DNA of 64,000 nucleotides, taken from assembly GCA_043228905.1 (NCBI GenBank), contig JBHGNT010000009.1, positions 868,001 through 932,000 on the forward strand, given 5' to 3'. Origin of the DNA: Azolla caroliniana (taxonomy: Eukaryota; Plantae; Polypodiophyta). The notes below the pieces were generated by a model, which did no database searches, was not told the DNA's origin, and saw only the letters and a list, made by a program, of their open reading frames with translations. Both the position numbers and the translations under genes were made by a program. This document shows, in pieces, positions 25,501-38,412 of this stretch (positions within the stretch are counted from its first letter, which is position 1; every line of letters begins with the position of its first letter).

Positions 25501-27539
25501 CAAGTTGACCTTTCAAATATTAAATTGCGTGGCCAAATAAGGGAGCATTAATGAACCCACCCCTATGTATACGAACGTTTAAAGCATTTAGTATCACATA
25601 ACAAGTTTGTGCCATATCCAAAGAAGGGTTCAGCTCCTAGCTCTTGCAATCGATGAGTTGATATGCTATAATTGAGAATGGTAGCATCGCCTTATAAAAC
25701 GAACACAGTTTTTATATGATGTTGAGAGTAGAACAAGTCAACTTTCAATATTTTTGAAAGTTTTTAAACATTGTGAGAAAGGGCACAACCCATGTGCTTG
25801 AGAGTGTGAGACGATAACACTTTTTATGACAATCAAGTAAGTGGTTTTACTCTCTCACTTTCCGCAACTTAGGCTTGAAATAGATAACATTACCTTATAA
25901 AAGGCAATGCCATTTTAAGGAAATTCTAAAAAGGAGCTAGTTTTCTCAAAGGTTAACTTTCAAGGGTTTAGCCTTTAGGTGCATATAATACTTTGTTATG
26001 GCAATTGAGTGAGCGGTTTTGTTCACTTACTTTCCACAATATGGGTTTCAAATATATACTATTGCATTATAAATAACAATATCATAGGCAACACTAAAAA
26101 CATCTAGTTGTTTCTTCATAGTTCAAGATTCAAGGATTTGGGTCTATGCATTGTTGGACATATGCTACATGAAATTGGAGTATGTTGAAATTGATACAAG
26201 TGTACAAACAATAATAGGATTGGTAACCTCTATTTTTAGATGGCAGTATACCCCTGACTTAAAGTACAACATCCTGTTGCTTAAGCCAATAGACTAGTTT
26301 GACATGCAACAATGTCGTTGGCGAAAGTTGTATCTCTAAGCATGTGAACAAGGCATTAGGCAAATAGAAGTAAACCAAATATAAGAAGTACAAGTTCATG
26401 ACAAAAAGAGAGAAAAAAAACCCATGCACACTTATGAATTATGGCATGAATCCACACTAAAATAGCCTTGAAAACCAACCACCCTCATCCTTCAACCTCA
26501 TTAGAGTCAAGCCCACAAACTCTTGCTCTAACTGTGTGTCTTTCTTTCTCCATATCAAGCTCTTCTCCATAAAATTCTAAAATTTGTTAGTAACCAACAC
26601 CCGCCCAGTCTCTAGTCTCCCCCTCCATCATTGGTCCCGTGCTCACCCTTACAACTTTACGATGGGCAACAAGAAACCCAAAAGCAAGTTATTTGTTTTC
26701 CCCAAAAAATGAAGACATCGCTTATTTAGTTGAGAAACATTACTTTAAGATATTAAGTAGAGAGTTTATCTGAGACGGTTGTTTTAGATATTTTTTTGTG
26801 TGGGTATGACATGCGTCGTGAAGATTGTTCTCTATGGAATAAACTTCTTTGAAATATGATCATGAAAAGAAGAAAAGAAAAGAAAAGTGTCAACACATTG
26901 AACCTTTTAATTCCAGAAATGGCCCATCACCTAGCCTACATCCATGCCATTGTACATGACTAGTGAGCGCACTTGTCCATCTTGAATACTTGGATGTAAA
27001 AATAATGCACATTATAAAAGACAATCCATGTCCATAGCATACTCATAAATTTTCTTTCAATAATCGAATATAGCAAATAGTCAATGGGCCATGTGAAAAT
27101 CGAGCAAAGTCGCAGTTTGAAGCTAACGAATACGATTGATTAGTGGAAGGGAAAAAGAAACGAAGTAAATGGAACGAAGATTATTGACGCAAACGTTGGC
27201 CATCAAGTTTACAAAATGAAGGTAGTTCAGATGTGTGATGAAGAACTAAGAATGGTTTTTTTTTGGAAACTGGGAATGATTTTAAATTTTTAATCGTGAT
27301 TATTAAAGGAGAGAAGCAATTCTAGCAATTGGGCCGTGGAGACTCTAATAAAGTGAAAGGGTCGGAGGAGGCCACGAAAGAAAGTAATAATAAAAAGTTG
27401 GAGAACAAATCGGAGATGAAGTAGAAGAACTTCGGAGAAAGAAGAAGAAAAAGAGAATGGGCTTCTTCTTCTTCTTCTTCTTCTTCTTCTTCTTCTTCAG
27501 ACGAGACTCGGCCGGAGGAATGTTCTCTTTTTTTAATGT

Positions 27540-27703
27540 AATACCAAAAATAGCCGGAAAGTTTTGCGAAATTACCCGAAATAGCCCCCTCCTCCCCCGC
27601 CCCCAAAATAGGATACGTGCTTACGTAGGCATCACTACGTGTGCCTAAAAATACAGGGGCGTGCGCGATGCCACGTGAGCGCCATGTCAGCGCCACGTCA
27701 GCG
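27540..27703. promoter_or_regulatory. Cluster of ACGT-core (G-box/ABRE-like) motifs upstream of the CID gene, possibly a Mutator-like TIR remnant
   Basis: tacgtg, tacgta, tacgtg, gccacgtg, gccatgtcagc and gccacgtcagc within ~90 bp, preceded by aataccaaaaatagcc / attacccgaaatagcccc, which resemble MULE termini. No partner TIR was seen. Confidence 0.35.
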
Positions 27704-28093
27704 AAGGAGGAGGAGGAAGGAAGGAAGAATCAGAAATGAATGAATGAAAGGGCATCATTGTTAATAAAGAATACTTCTACTGCTCTCACTTCTCTCTTTC
27801 TCTCTCTCTCTCTCTCTGTGTCTGTGTCTGTGTCTGTGTCTGTGTCATATTACATATATCATACAAATTTACGTTCCCAAGCTCTCTGGCTATGGCGATC
27901 CATGCACATTCCTCGATCTAGCTCCCCCCCCCCCCCCCGCCGTTTTCTTCGTTTTCTCCTTCCTTCCTTCGCTCATCCAGGCAAAACGAAAAAAGAAGAA
28001 GGAAAGAAAAAGGAACAAAAAAAAAGGACAGAAAAGAAAGAAGGAAAATACATCGTTCATTCTTTTTTCTAATTACATATTCTCCATCTTTTG

Positions 28094-28133
<40 letters not shown>

Positions 28134-28296
28134 CCAAGTTCTCTGGCTATGGCGATTGATGCAGAGATATTCAATTTCTCTCTCCCTGATACCATCTAGC
28201 TCCTCTTCCCTGTCTGTGAAATTCAATCCTCTAGCTATAATTATACACTTTCGTTTACGTCTATTTTTTATTTATTCTTAGAGTTAGATTAATTTA

Positions 28297-31200
28297 ATGG
28301 CGGTTGTGGAAAGCTCTGCGGAAGATTTTGCTTTGAATTTAATACCTGCATTGCCTCGTAAATTCTCTCACCATCAAGATGAATTATCAGATCCTGATCC
28401 ATTGGGACAGCATCAGGTGAAGGATCGGTTCCTTCTTCATCATCTCCATAGCCATAGCAATTCTGTTCTTCTCCAAGAAAACAATCTTCATAACGATAGC
28501 AATATTCAGCTTCTTCAGCAAGAAAATATGCTGAAGAAAGATCATTTGGACTTGGAGCGGAATCAGAACATAAATAAGAAGACGGATTCAGCCGCTGCTC
28601 AGTGGAATTATGATGGTTCGTATGAATCAGATCTCGATCCATCAAAGGTAAAGGACCGTTTCCTTCCTCACGATCTTCATAGCCATAACAATACCAATAT
28701 TCATCCTCTCCAGAAAGAAAATACGATTAAGAACCACCATATTGATCTAGATCAGAAACTGAGTGTAGAGAAAAAGAAATACCCAGGAAATCGTGTTCAA
28801 GAAAACAAGGATAATCCTGGTGAATCAGGTCAAGATCCATTGGAGCAGAAGCAACAGAATGAGCAGGTAATGGTCATTTTCATTGGTCTTAATCTTCATA
28901 ACCGCGATCGTTAACTATACTCATATGAGCTCCATTATTCAGCAAGAATGTACGCTGTAGAATCAGCAAGTTGTATAGCTAGATCAGATAATGAATGTAG
29001 GACAGAAGAGAACTCCAACTGATGCTTCAGAAAACAACCATCAAATAAGAATGATATCTTGCATGTACCAATCCTTTACTGAATCAGATCTTGTTCCATT
29101 TGCAGGAACATGATACTTTACTTCTTCATAATCTCCATAGCCATAGTCATCTTCTCCAGCAAGAAAATAAAGAATTTGACCTAGATCAGAATCCGAACTT
29201 ACAACAGAAGAAAGGTCCAGCTGATACTTTAGAACACAATGGTCAAATCAGAGCTACAACATATAGTGGTGATGATGAATACATCTACACCAATGGAAAC
29301 TTAAATGGTGAAAACCGAGGCATAAATAATGGCCAATCAGAAACCTCCAAGACGTCACTTTCTGGTTTGTTAAACCGTGAAAGCATGGGTGTAATCAGTG
29401 GCCAAACAATAACTTTAGAAAATGGAGAAACTCGAGCAGCTGAAGAACCAACAATAACCTCAGGTAATGGAGTTGAAACATCTGAGTGTAGATCAAATGG
29501 AGATCTCCAGAAGCAGTTCAATAAGGATAGTATGCGTGAATTGGAAGATCTCCTCTCAAAACTCAATCCTCTTGCCGAAGAATTTGTTCCTTCTTCCTCC
29601 ACAGTTTCTGAGTCGAACTCGACAGTACATTCCAGCAATCGAAAGGTAAATTTCTCAAAGGATTGGCATTTTTCACATAGGCTGAATGTATGTGCGTGAT
29701 GCTAACATGGCAATTCATTGGCATGCCATATATGCTGAATGTACGTGTATGATGCTAACGTGCATTTCGATGGGTTAAAGATTATGTGTCGTCAAACATG
29801 TGAACATTTGTCAGCATTTTAATGTTATTGTGATTACGACTGCATTCCCATTCGAAAGGTAGTTTCCTCAAAGATTATCGGCGACTCTCAGTGCATTCTC
29901 GTTTGCATTTCGATTCTTCTGAAGGATTTGTATGATCCATCATGTGCATATTTTTGGCATATTAACGTTGTTGTACTTACCAGTGTTTGACAGAAAATGA
30001 CATATTTGCAACTAGCTGTGTTCTATACAATTTTCCAATCTATTATTTCTAATGTCCTGCACTTGCACCAGATCAGGTGCATGAAACTCTGGGAACAACG
30101 TCATGTATTCCTAACCATTCCACTCTGTTTGAATGTTCTTGATGTATTAGAAAAAGAACAACTGTAACGTGGGGCGAAAGAGGTCAAATAGCAGAATGAG
30201 CAAGGCACAATTGGAAGAATGCGTCAGGAGGACAGTCTATGTTTCAGATATTGATCACCAGGTTAGACTCTTTTAATATAGGCATTTAAGCAACCCAAAT
30301 AAATCAAACAAGGCATTATGACCATTAAAGGAACTAACAAATATGTTCCTGTTTCTTTCATAGATCACAGAGGAACAATTAGCATCTCTTTTTCTCTCTT
30401 GTGGCCAGGTGGGTGGTATACTTATTTTCAATGACAGCACACTTGTTATAAAAGTTTAGTTCGAATATTGTTGTGTTTTTGTTATGACAGGTTGTAGATT
30501 GTAGAGTCTGTGGGGATCCAAACTCTGTACTCAGATTTGCATTTGTGGAGTTCACAGACGAAGGTGAGAGACCGAAAGTAAATGAATCAGGGTAGCTTGA
30601 GTTAAGTTTAGACTAGCTCTTTTTGTTGTATTTTTTTAATGTTGACACGTTACAGAGGGAGCAAGGGCATCATTAGGCCTTTCTGGAACTATGTTGGGAT
30701 TCTATCCCCTCAGAGTATTGCCTTCTAAAACAGCTATTCTTCCAGTGAATCCAACTTTTCTTCCACGGGTAAAGTTTGGCGTCATCTATTATTTTATTTT
30801 ACTGCCAGACAATCAAGCTTCTTGTAGAAACCTGAGAAACATTAACCGAAATCAGTTTAATCTGCAGTCAGAAAATGAACGTGAAATGTGCGCAAGAACA
30901 GTTTATTGCACAAATATAGATAAAAAGGTAAAATGCCATCTTTCTAGAAAACAATCACATATACTACAAAATCTGGTTGAGTAAACGTTGCAATTTAGTT
31001 ATTTAAGATGCATCTTGTCCCTAACCTTGTGACTTAGTTGAATCCTCAAATCTGTAATGAACCTGATGTAGAAATTTAGTCTCGACATCTGAATTCCTGA
31101 CTATGCATGCGTAGAATTGCATTTATCATGTCATTATGTAAATTAAGAACGTTTCTCAGGATCAGAGAATATATTGAACTGATTGTGAGTAACCTGTTTT

Positions 31201-32714
31201 GAGTTTTCGATGTAGGTGGCACAAGCTGACATCAAGCTATTCTTTGAGACAGTATGTGGGGAGGTATGTTTGATTTGGTTTCTATTTAAAGCTTTCCTAT
31301 GGAATCCCTAAACATGATATTTTATAAATTGGTGTACGTATTTTCAGGTAGCAAGATTAAGATTGTTGGGGGACTACCGCCATTCAACCCGAATTGCTTT
31401 TGTAGAATTTGTGAGGGTGAGTAAATTACATTGTTGCAATAAGCTATAAGGGGTCTCATCAGTAAGCTGAACATTTGAATAGGTCACAGTGAAGACTCTT
31501 GAACAAATGCTATGAGGATAGACAATTTGTTTGCATGCATTGTACAGATGTAATGCAGTTTTGGGATCTACAATAGTAATCTTAAGAGTGCAGAGGCAAG
31601 CCCCAAACTAAATGTTTTTCTAGGTGGTCATTCATTTACCATGTTACGTTTTGGATTTTACTGACAAACGAGGCAGAAGCATGAAAATGATGAACACTGA
31701 TGAAACAGCGGTCCCATATTTGGAATGGAAATAATCAGTGTGCAGCACTGCAAGGATTTCTTTTTATTCATCCAAACGTTAGGTTAAACAATAAGCCCCG
31801 AAGCCTTGAAGAAATTTCTTGATTAACAATGTTTTCTTTTTTATAAAAGGTGTTGAGTTAGTACTATACAGCAAGAAGATACAAGTCTCAATACCACTAT
31901 GAATTCATGAAAGTGACTGCAAATTGTTTCCAAGTGTCATAAGACTGGACGACTGCAAAGACAAGTCCTGCAGTTATAAAATAGCTTGGAAATAGCAGGC
32001 AAAGAAGATGCTCAGAAGGCATTGTCTGCTTCCTTGTACAAATACACCCTGAAATGGATAGATTAAGTGCCTGCTGCACACTATTTTTAAGTTTGCTCAG
32101 ATTTCAGCCAATGCATACGCAACACTGACATTTTTCTGATATTCAATTTGTGACCTCCTCTGGTTATAGGTGTCAGGAAAACAATTAGAACAATCCTGAA
32201 TGAGTCATGTCTGTACTTCCAAAGAACCCCAATAAATCGTAGACATTTGCACAACACTGAAATACTGAAAGGATAATAATATTTATAGCCAGTTGTAAGT
32301 GCCAGTGAACATGAGATAATTACCATTTCCATTTTGCAAAAATGCTAATATTTATCCTTGTTTTGCTCATAATTGCATATTGCATATTGCATATTTATCG
32401 AGGGACATTTCGTGAAGAAAGCAGTGTAATCTTATCAAAATGCATCTATCAGTTCTGAACGCTGCACTTTTACATTATTCTCTTTTTGTATATTGCACAT
32501 TTATTTTTCACATTGCAGGCTGGAAGTGCAATGGCAGCTCTAAGCTGCAGTGGTGCAATTTTAGGTTCACTTCCTTTGAGGTATAGCTGTTTTATTCTTA
32601 TAACAGTTGCTTTTGTCTCTGTGAGGTGGCATGTTCTAAGAGTACGTTTTCTGCAGGGTAAGTCCATCTAAAACTCCAGTGCGGCCTCGCTCACCTCGTG
32701 TTCTGTTACAATAA
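28297..32714 (+). CDS. Polyadenylate-binding-protein-interacting protein (CID8-13/RBP37 type: PAM2 + two RRMs) with a long repetitive His/Gln/Asn-rich N-terminus, 11 exons, about 582 aa
   Basis: Exons 28297-28866, 29106-29645, 30151-30261, 30364-30408, 30491-30563, 30656-30768, 30868-30927, 31216-31263, 31348-31416, 32519-32580, 32657-32714, all GT-AG with consistent phases. Starts MAVVE; PAM2 LSKLNPLAEEFVP; RRM1 RRTVYVSDID..CGDPNSVLRFAFVEF; RRM2 RTVYCTNIDKK..HSTRIAFVEF; ends RVSPSKTPVRPR. Confidence 0.93.
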
Positions 32715-33426
32715 CCTCAACATTGAACAAACAGCTTTTCTGCACATTCTGTAGCTTTCATACTGTCCAGCCCATGCTGATTCAAACTCAGGTTGACCAA
32801 ATATGTCAAACTAGGGCACTCATGGAATGACTTTCGCATATAATTTTCCATTTTTTCTATCTACAACCACAGATTCTTTTCTTGGGAAACTTCATGTTTT
32901 GATCAATATATTAATAGTTCCTGTATGAACCAGTAACAATTATGTATCATTCACAATTAAATAGTATATAAACACATTGCTAGTTTCCACTCTGTAAGAT
33001 CGAACATCAATATAAGAGAGAGGATATGAGTGACCATTAAAACCTAACCTCTGTTCGTGCATCAACACAGTTTGATGAGGCAGGAAAATAAATCAATCTC
33101 CTCTATGCGTTATTATTAATATACATGCAGAGTGCTGGGCTCAAAGCGTGTCATTATTTATTACCTAAAGTTACATTGAAGTTTATATTCATTCATTAAA
33201 AGTTTTTCAGGGAATGAATTCACCTATCTATATAATATACAATGACTCCAACATAGAAAAGTGTTCCATCAATCAGCATTAAAGAAAATACTTGTTGGGT
33301 ACAAAAGGTTCAGAATCTGCACTGAGGATGGATGGCAACATGCATTTTTATTACCCTATCATATCCAATGATTCCCCTGCCACAAATACACAAATTTATG
33401 AATGATCTTAGATATGATCAATCATA

Positions 33427-36255
33427 TCATCCATTGATCAATCCTCGGTTGAAAAAACGGATCAATTTCTTAAAAATTAGTTGTGATTGGTCCATCCCAA
33501 ATATCACCTCCTTCTCCTTAATCCAATTTATAGCTTTTTGACAGACCCCTAATGATACATTTTCGTAGATCAACTCTCCTCCTCCAACAAGGTCAGCCAT
33601 CTCCGAATCATGGACAGTTTTTAGAATGAAAGCAAAACCTACAACAGAAAAGAAAGAAAATCCCACATGTGGACCAATCAAGAAGATACCCAGAAGATTG
33701 GCAATAGACATCCACTGTGCCACATGATAAACTCTTTCAATATAGACATGTTTTATTTACATCGATATATTTATACCTGTTGGATTGTGTTGGAAATGGA
33801 GTTGAATATCGGCTCCATCGCTGGAGCAACGAAGCTGGAGGCCTAGCACATTCTCCAGTAACTGTTGGACTAGCTTTGAGTGACCAGTAGATGTGAAACC
33901 ATCTGAATCTGCACACAGACATTTATTTCACTCTTCTTTGGATTGGAGGTTTCCACCATTACATCTAAGTTCAATATTCTGCTATGAGATCAGCTTAGAT
34001 TAATATGACAATCTTAATTGGAGACTCAAAAACTCTCCAAATGTTGCTCTAGTCATGGTCATTTCATTTTTACTTTGCTCATTAGTCTCATAGTCTAATC
34101 ATTTCATTTCACTTTGTTTACTGTTCTAATAGTTTAATCAGACTCATTTTACTTATTGTTCTCATAGCTTACTTGATCTTATGGGCAAGTTTGGCGGCTA
34201 AGAAAAGCAAATCTCTCTCTCTTTAGTTACCTACCCGTTTTTGGATTTGTATGGTTACTTGATGATGGCACCACTGCCTCAGTTGGTAGAGATCTCGGTT
34301 TCTCAGCGACATGTTCTAACAGCAGTGATTGAAGCCTTTTGTTTTCTTTCCTCAACTCTATATCTGCAACAAAACAAATCATATAAACGTACACTAATCA
34401 CAGATATATAATATATATATATATATATATATTTATGTGTGTATGTATCCATGTATGTTTGTATGTTTGTATGTATGATCATTCGTATTCCACTCACTTT
34501 TAGACTGCTCCTCGACAAGATGGTTTCTATACTTCAAGTTGTCTTCCTCCAGAACTTTAAATCTACAAAAGACAAATTACCGATAGCTTCCTTAACAACA
34601 ACCACATAGAATGATAAGAAATCAACGTCATATACAAATTCAAATCATAAAATAAAGAATAAACATGGGGAGGAAGGTAACCATACAACCTTTCCAAAAT
34701 GTCCAAGTGTTTAGCCTCCTGCAATTGTCTCTTTAAAGAGGTGATTTCTCCTTTATGGTATTCCAATAAGGCTTCGGTTGCTAAACATGGGTAAACAAAA
34801 CCTTGTTAGACTAACTCGATACTTCACATCAAAAAAGACTGGACGTTTTTGGACATGAGGTGTAGTGCATCGCAGATTAACTGCTATACGCTTACGTTTG
34901 TGCTTGATCAAGAAACATAAATTTATATAGTAGATAAAGAGATCCCATGAAACATATTATTCATAAGAAAAAGGACAGAGTAAAATGTCTCGTGACACCT
35001 TATTTTGACCCTCTCCGTTTGCTCTTATTAGTGTACGTATCAATGCTATATATGGATGATACAGTCAGTTTAATTTATCCCTAACGGTGGATGTGTAATC
35101 CTTCTCTTGGTGAGAATAAGAGTGATCCAACGTCCAGCACTTAAAATTCTTCAAATAATATATAAGATATGGATCTCAGAATTGGTACAAGATAGATCTA
35201 CCTTGAACAAATTTACACATGTGAGATTTTTGGTCCTCATAGAGAGCTTCCACTTCATCAAATTTCTTAGCCTGGCAAAACAGCAAACGACAATCCGTCA
35301 ATCAACCATTCCATTCAATTACCTGTAAAAAACTATGAGGAGATATTGAATGCTCTGTACCTTAAGTTTCTGGTACTTCTTGTAGAGTTTATCATAATCT
35401 CTCTGCAGCTGCAAGAATATGAAGTAGAACAAACATAAGAAGAAATCTACCATCTGATTCCATATCCTTTATCCATTTGTCATGGCATTCATTGTTTTGT
35501 AACGACATTATTTCTTGTGCTAGTACTTAGTGCCAAGCGGCTAAGCCAGACACAAAACAAACAAATGGTAAGAAGGCCTTAAACAGAAAATAAAATATGT
35601 AAGGGCACCCAAAAGATACCAGCGAGAGACAACTTGCCGTCGAAAGTGAAGTTTCATCTGCCTGTTTGTACTTCTCTTTTACACGATCATCATCTTTCTC
35701 ACACGATGAAAGGTTTTGTATTCCCTTCCTGATAGGATCACACTTTGTTGATAAAGTTACTTGCCTTTTACTTGCATTGTGAAGCCTTTCGTTTTCTTCA
35801 GACAAATCAGCTGAAGAACCTGCAGCTAACTGAGAATTATGCTCGTTCATATTGACAGGATTTTCAATGCTTCCACTTTCCACACTAGTTGAGCTAAGTT
35901 CCTTTGAATTCACAGTGGTATTACCCCTCTCGGCTTGCTTCCTTTTCTTGACAACTTTTGCAAGAGAGGGAGTCTTCTGAGCTTCTCCATAGCCACTTCT
36001 TTCATCACCCGAGTTTACAAGGAGAGGAGGGGCATTTTCTTTATCAGCCAATTTGGAAGATACTACTGGCGGTGGTTTAAAAATGTGTCTTCTTCTAGAT
36101 GAAGAATTGAGATTGTTTCCATCTAATATGTCGAGCGGTGAAGATAATCCACTTCTAGTGATGGTTTCTACGTTGCTCTCAGACCTAGTTTTCCGGCTCT
36201 GAGATCTTGTCAGAGTTGCAGTTCCCATTAAAGCCTGTGTCTTCTTGCATCCCAT
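33427..36255 (-). CDS. TTN9: TITAN9-like protein (plant Csm1/Pcs1 monopolin-type coiled coil + C-terminal globular domain) with ~200-aa disordered N-terminus, 8 exons, about 460 aa
   Basis: Minus-strand exons 36255-35620 (or GC donor after 35638), 35408-35361, 35271-35202, 34780-34690, 34562-34498, 34363-34235, 33908-33777, 33638-33427, phases consistent. Peptides YDKLYKKYQKLKAKKFDEVE..FVQATEALLEYHKGE, LVEEQSKN, QLLENVLGLQL..HNPTGFAFIL and ELIYENVSLG..W..IF match my recollection of Arabidopsis TITAN9. Confidence 0.8.
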
Positions 36256-37119
36256 GTCATTTAAAGCGAAGAAATAGGTTCATAGTTCGTAGAGACACAC
36301 AAACACGGAATCAGAGAGGAAAATATAGGTTTTTATGCCTTTATCAAAAAGTTGTAGAGGTTTTTAATTATGCCTTAGTGAAATTTCTTTTGAATGAAAT
36401 GTAGAAAGAAAAGACGATCGCACTCAGGCAGACTGCAAGAGGGAAAGGTAGGCTTTTATGTCTCTTCGAAAACTACTACTGAAGAAGTTGTAGACGTCTT
36501 TGAAAGTGTCTTGGCGATACCTCCTTATGAATGAACTGTAGGCAGAAAATTTAATATTCTGCAGAAGAGGAAATACATAAAGAAATCAACAACAGGTTGT
36601 ACAGATTTAGTAAAGATATAGGGTTGTACAGATTTAGTAAAGATATAGACTAAATGGCTAAACTTTAGTAAGGTGAAATCAAATCCTGGGCAAGTGAGAG
36701 CAAATTAAATAAAAACGCAGAAGGAAGTTGCCTGCGACGTTTAATTCTGAGAAATTTTCAACAAATACTGAGAAAATGGACGAATTCAAACGCCATTTTC
36801 CAATATGCTACATTACATAACAAACAGACGATCTAGTTAAAGAGAACTGACAGAATAACATACCTGTTTATTTAGGACGTTGGGACGGTGATAAACACCC
36901 AGCTATGGCGAGTGAGGTAGGGCGATGGCAAGGGCTTCGTATGCAAAGCAGAAAGTGGATAAAAGTGCAGATGAAGCGATCGTTCGACGTTCAAACGAAA
37001 TTACAGAAGAAGGCGCGCCTGCTAAGGTTTCCGCATCTGTCGTATCAGAGAGATGCAGAGGCGGGGGAGGCGAAGGATAGAGCGACGGCGATGGATTCTG
37101 CTCTGTGTAGCAGAGAAAA

Positions 37120-37247
37120 TTAGGGTTTCGGGGGAAGAAAGGAGGAAAGGGATGAGAGAGCAGACAAAAGTTTCGATTCGTCTTTTGCCGCCCGTTTTCT
37201 CGCTTTCAAATTCCCGGGGGGTGATGACGTGGCAATAGAGCCGTTAG
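37120..37247 (-). promoter_or_regulatory. Candidate cell-cycle promoter/5' UTR motifs of the TTN9-like gene
   Basis: On the minus strand: MSA-like CTAACGGCTC (37247-37238), CHR-like TTTGAA (37210-37205), telo-box AAACCCTAA (37128-37120), and a 5' UTR donor CAG|GTATGT at 36863. These are short motifs and could be chance. Confidence 0.35.
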
Positions 37248-37262
37248 CTCACTCTCTGTGTG

Positions 37263-37303
<41 letters not shown>

Positions 37304-37359
37304 AGGAGATGAGTATTCATTCATTTAGTTATTATTGTGGACCCATTGGAAAAGGGTTC

Positions 37360-37767
37360 TGTTAGCCATGCAGGTCAACTCGACGTACGAAGTTGCCCAA
37401 AGGCCGTATGGTTTGTATAGTCGAAAAGTATAATAGGGAGAGTAGTTGGACAAATGTGGAACCGGAAAAGTATAGTCGAATGAAGATAATCGTCGAGAAT
37501 AAATAATGCTGAGTATAAATATTAGGTAGTTTTAACCCTTTTGAGTTTCTATTCTTGCCGAACGGTATATTGTATTTTCTTGACGTAAGCTTCCCATGCC
37601 GCCTATAAAAAGGGGCATAGGGCATTGTAAAAATCATTGGTCTCTAAGTACATTAAGGTTAATCTAGTAATTTTGGTTGGGGAACTTTGTGTCCGATTGC
37701 GTCTTTCGTTTAACTATGTTTTTTGTCACTTAACTGTGTAAGTCGATCAGTTGTGGCCGATCTAACA
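37360..37767 (+). mobile_element. Solo-LTR-like sequence nested in other LTR debris
   Basis: Ends TGTTAG...CTAACA (6-bp inverted), internal TATA-like cctataaaaaggg. Flanks ggttc / acaaa do not form a TSD. Confidence 0.5.
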
Positions 37768-38412
37768 ACAAAGAGTTATCTCAATATAGTCAATCGGAGT
37801 AGATTAAGTCTTATAATTAAGTTATTTACTAATTATTAGTGATTAAGTAATAATCCAGTCCTCCAACCACAATCTTCCTTGATAGGGTACTTAGTGATTA
37901 AGTATCTGACTTGTGTATTATTGAGAGGGTAGTAACAGGTTCTCAAAGGAAGGGGCTCATGGTTGTATCAATGACTTACTCCTATCATGGTCCAGATAAC
38001 ATCTCTAATTCCCGAAGCTTCCGAGCTCCGCATGGGATGCCATTTGTGAATGAACGAATGGTTGGGATGATGAGACCCTACATCAACTAATAGTAGACCA
38101 AGTTTTGGTGCTTTGTGTTTTGTCTCTCCCTTCCTATTCACTGTGTTAATCCATCTTCTGAGCCAAAGGTTTGTTCAAGGTTGTGGCCTTGACAAAATTG
38201 ACCCTTGCCTAGTCAGCTAGGGAAGCTAAGAACATATTTATACACACTTTGATAGCGAAACTGTTACAAAGTCTGTGGGCTCCTGTGGTTTTCCCCGATT
38301 AGGATTTCCACGTAAATTTTTGTGTCGGCTCTTTTCTGTTTTGCTTGTTTGTGGGCTAAGTAGCTAAGGATAAACCGGCAAGTCAACTATCTGACGTTGT
38401 ATTTCCTTTCAA
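37768..38412 (+). mobile_element. Degenerate LTR remnant
   Basis: Contains ctcctgtggttttcccc...gatttccacgtaaatttttgtgtc (38280-38326), a motif typical of the U5 region of plant copia LTRs. Confidence 0.4.

Noticed and set aside
23400-26400. AT-rich stretch with faint coding-like patches (possible ancient retroelement)
   Set aside because: No motif could be read convincingly in any frame; a profile search is needed.
28124-28136. PBS-like CTCTGATACCA next to (CT)n upstream of the CID start
   Set aside because: No adjacent LTR or gag; partly explained by the CT tract and a local duplication.
27322-28226. ORFs rich in E/F/K/RE repeats upstream of CID
   Set aside because: Microsatellite-derived frames in promoter/5' UTR sequence with no domain features.
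31686-31740. ATGATGA...CTGA motifs suggesting an intronic C/D snoRNA
   Set aside because: The boxes are too close together, with no terminal stem or recognisable rRNA antisense element.
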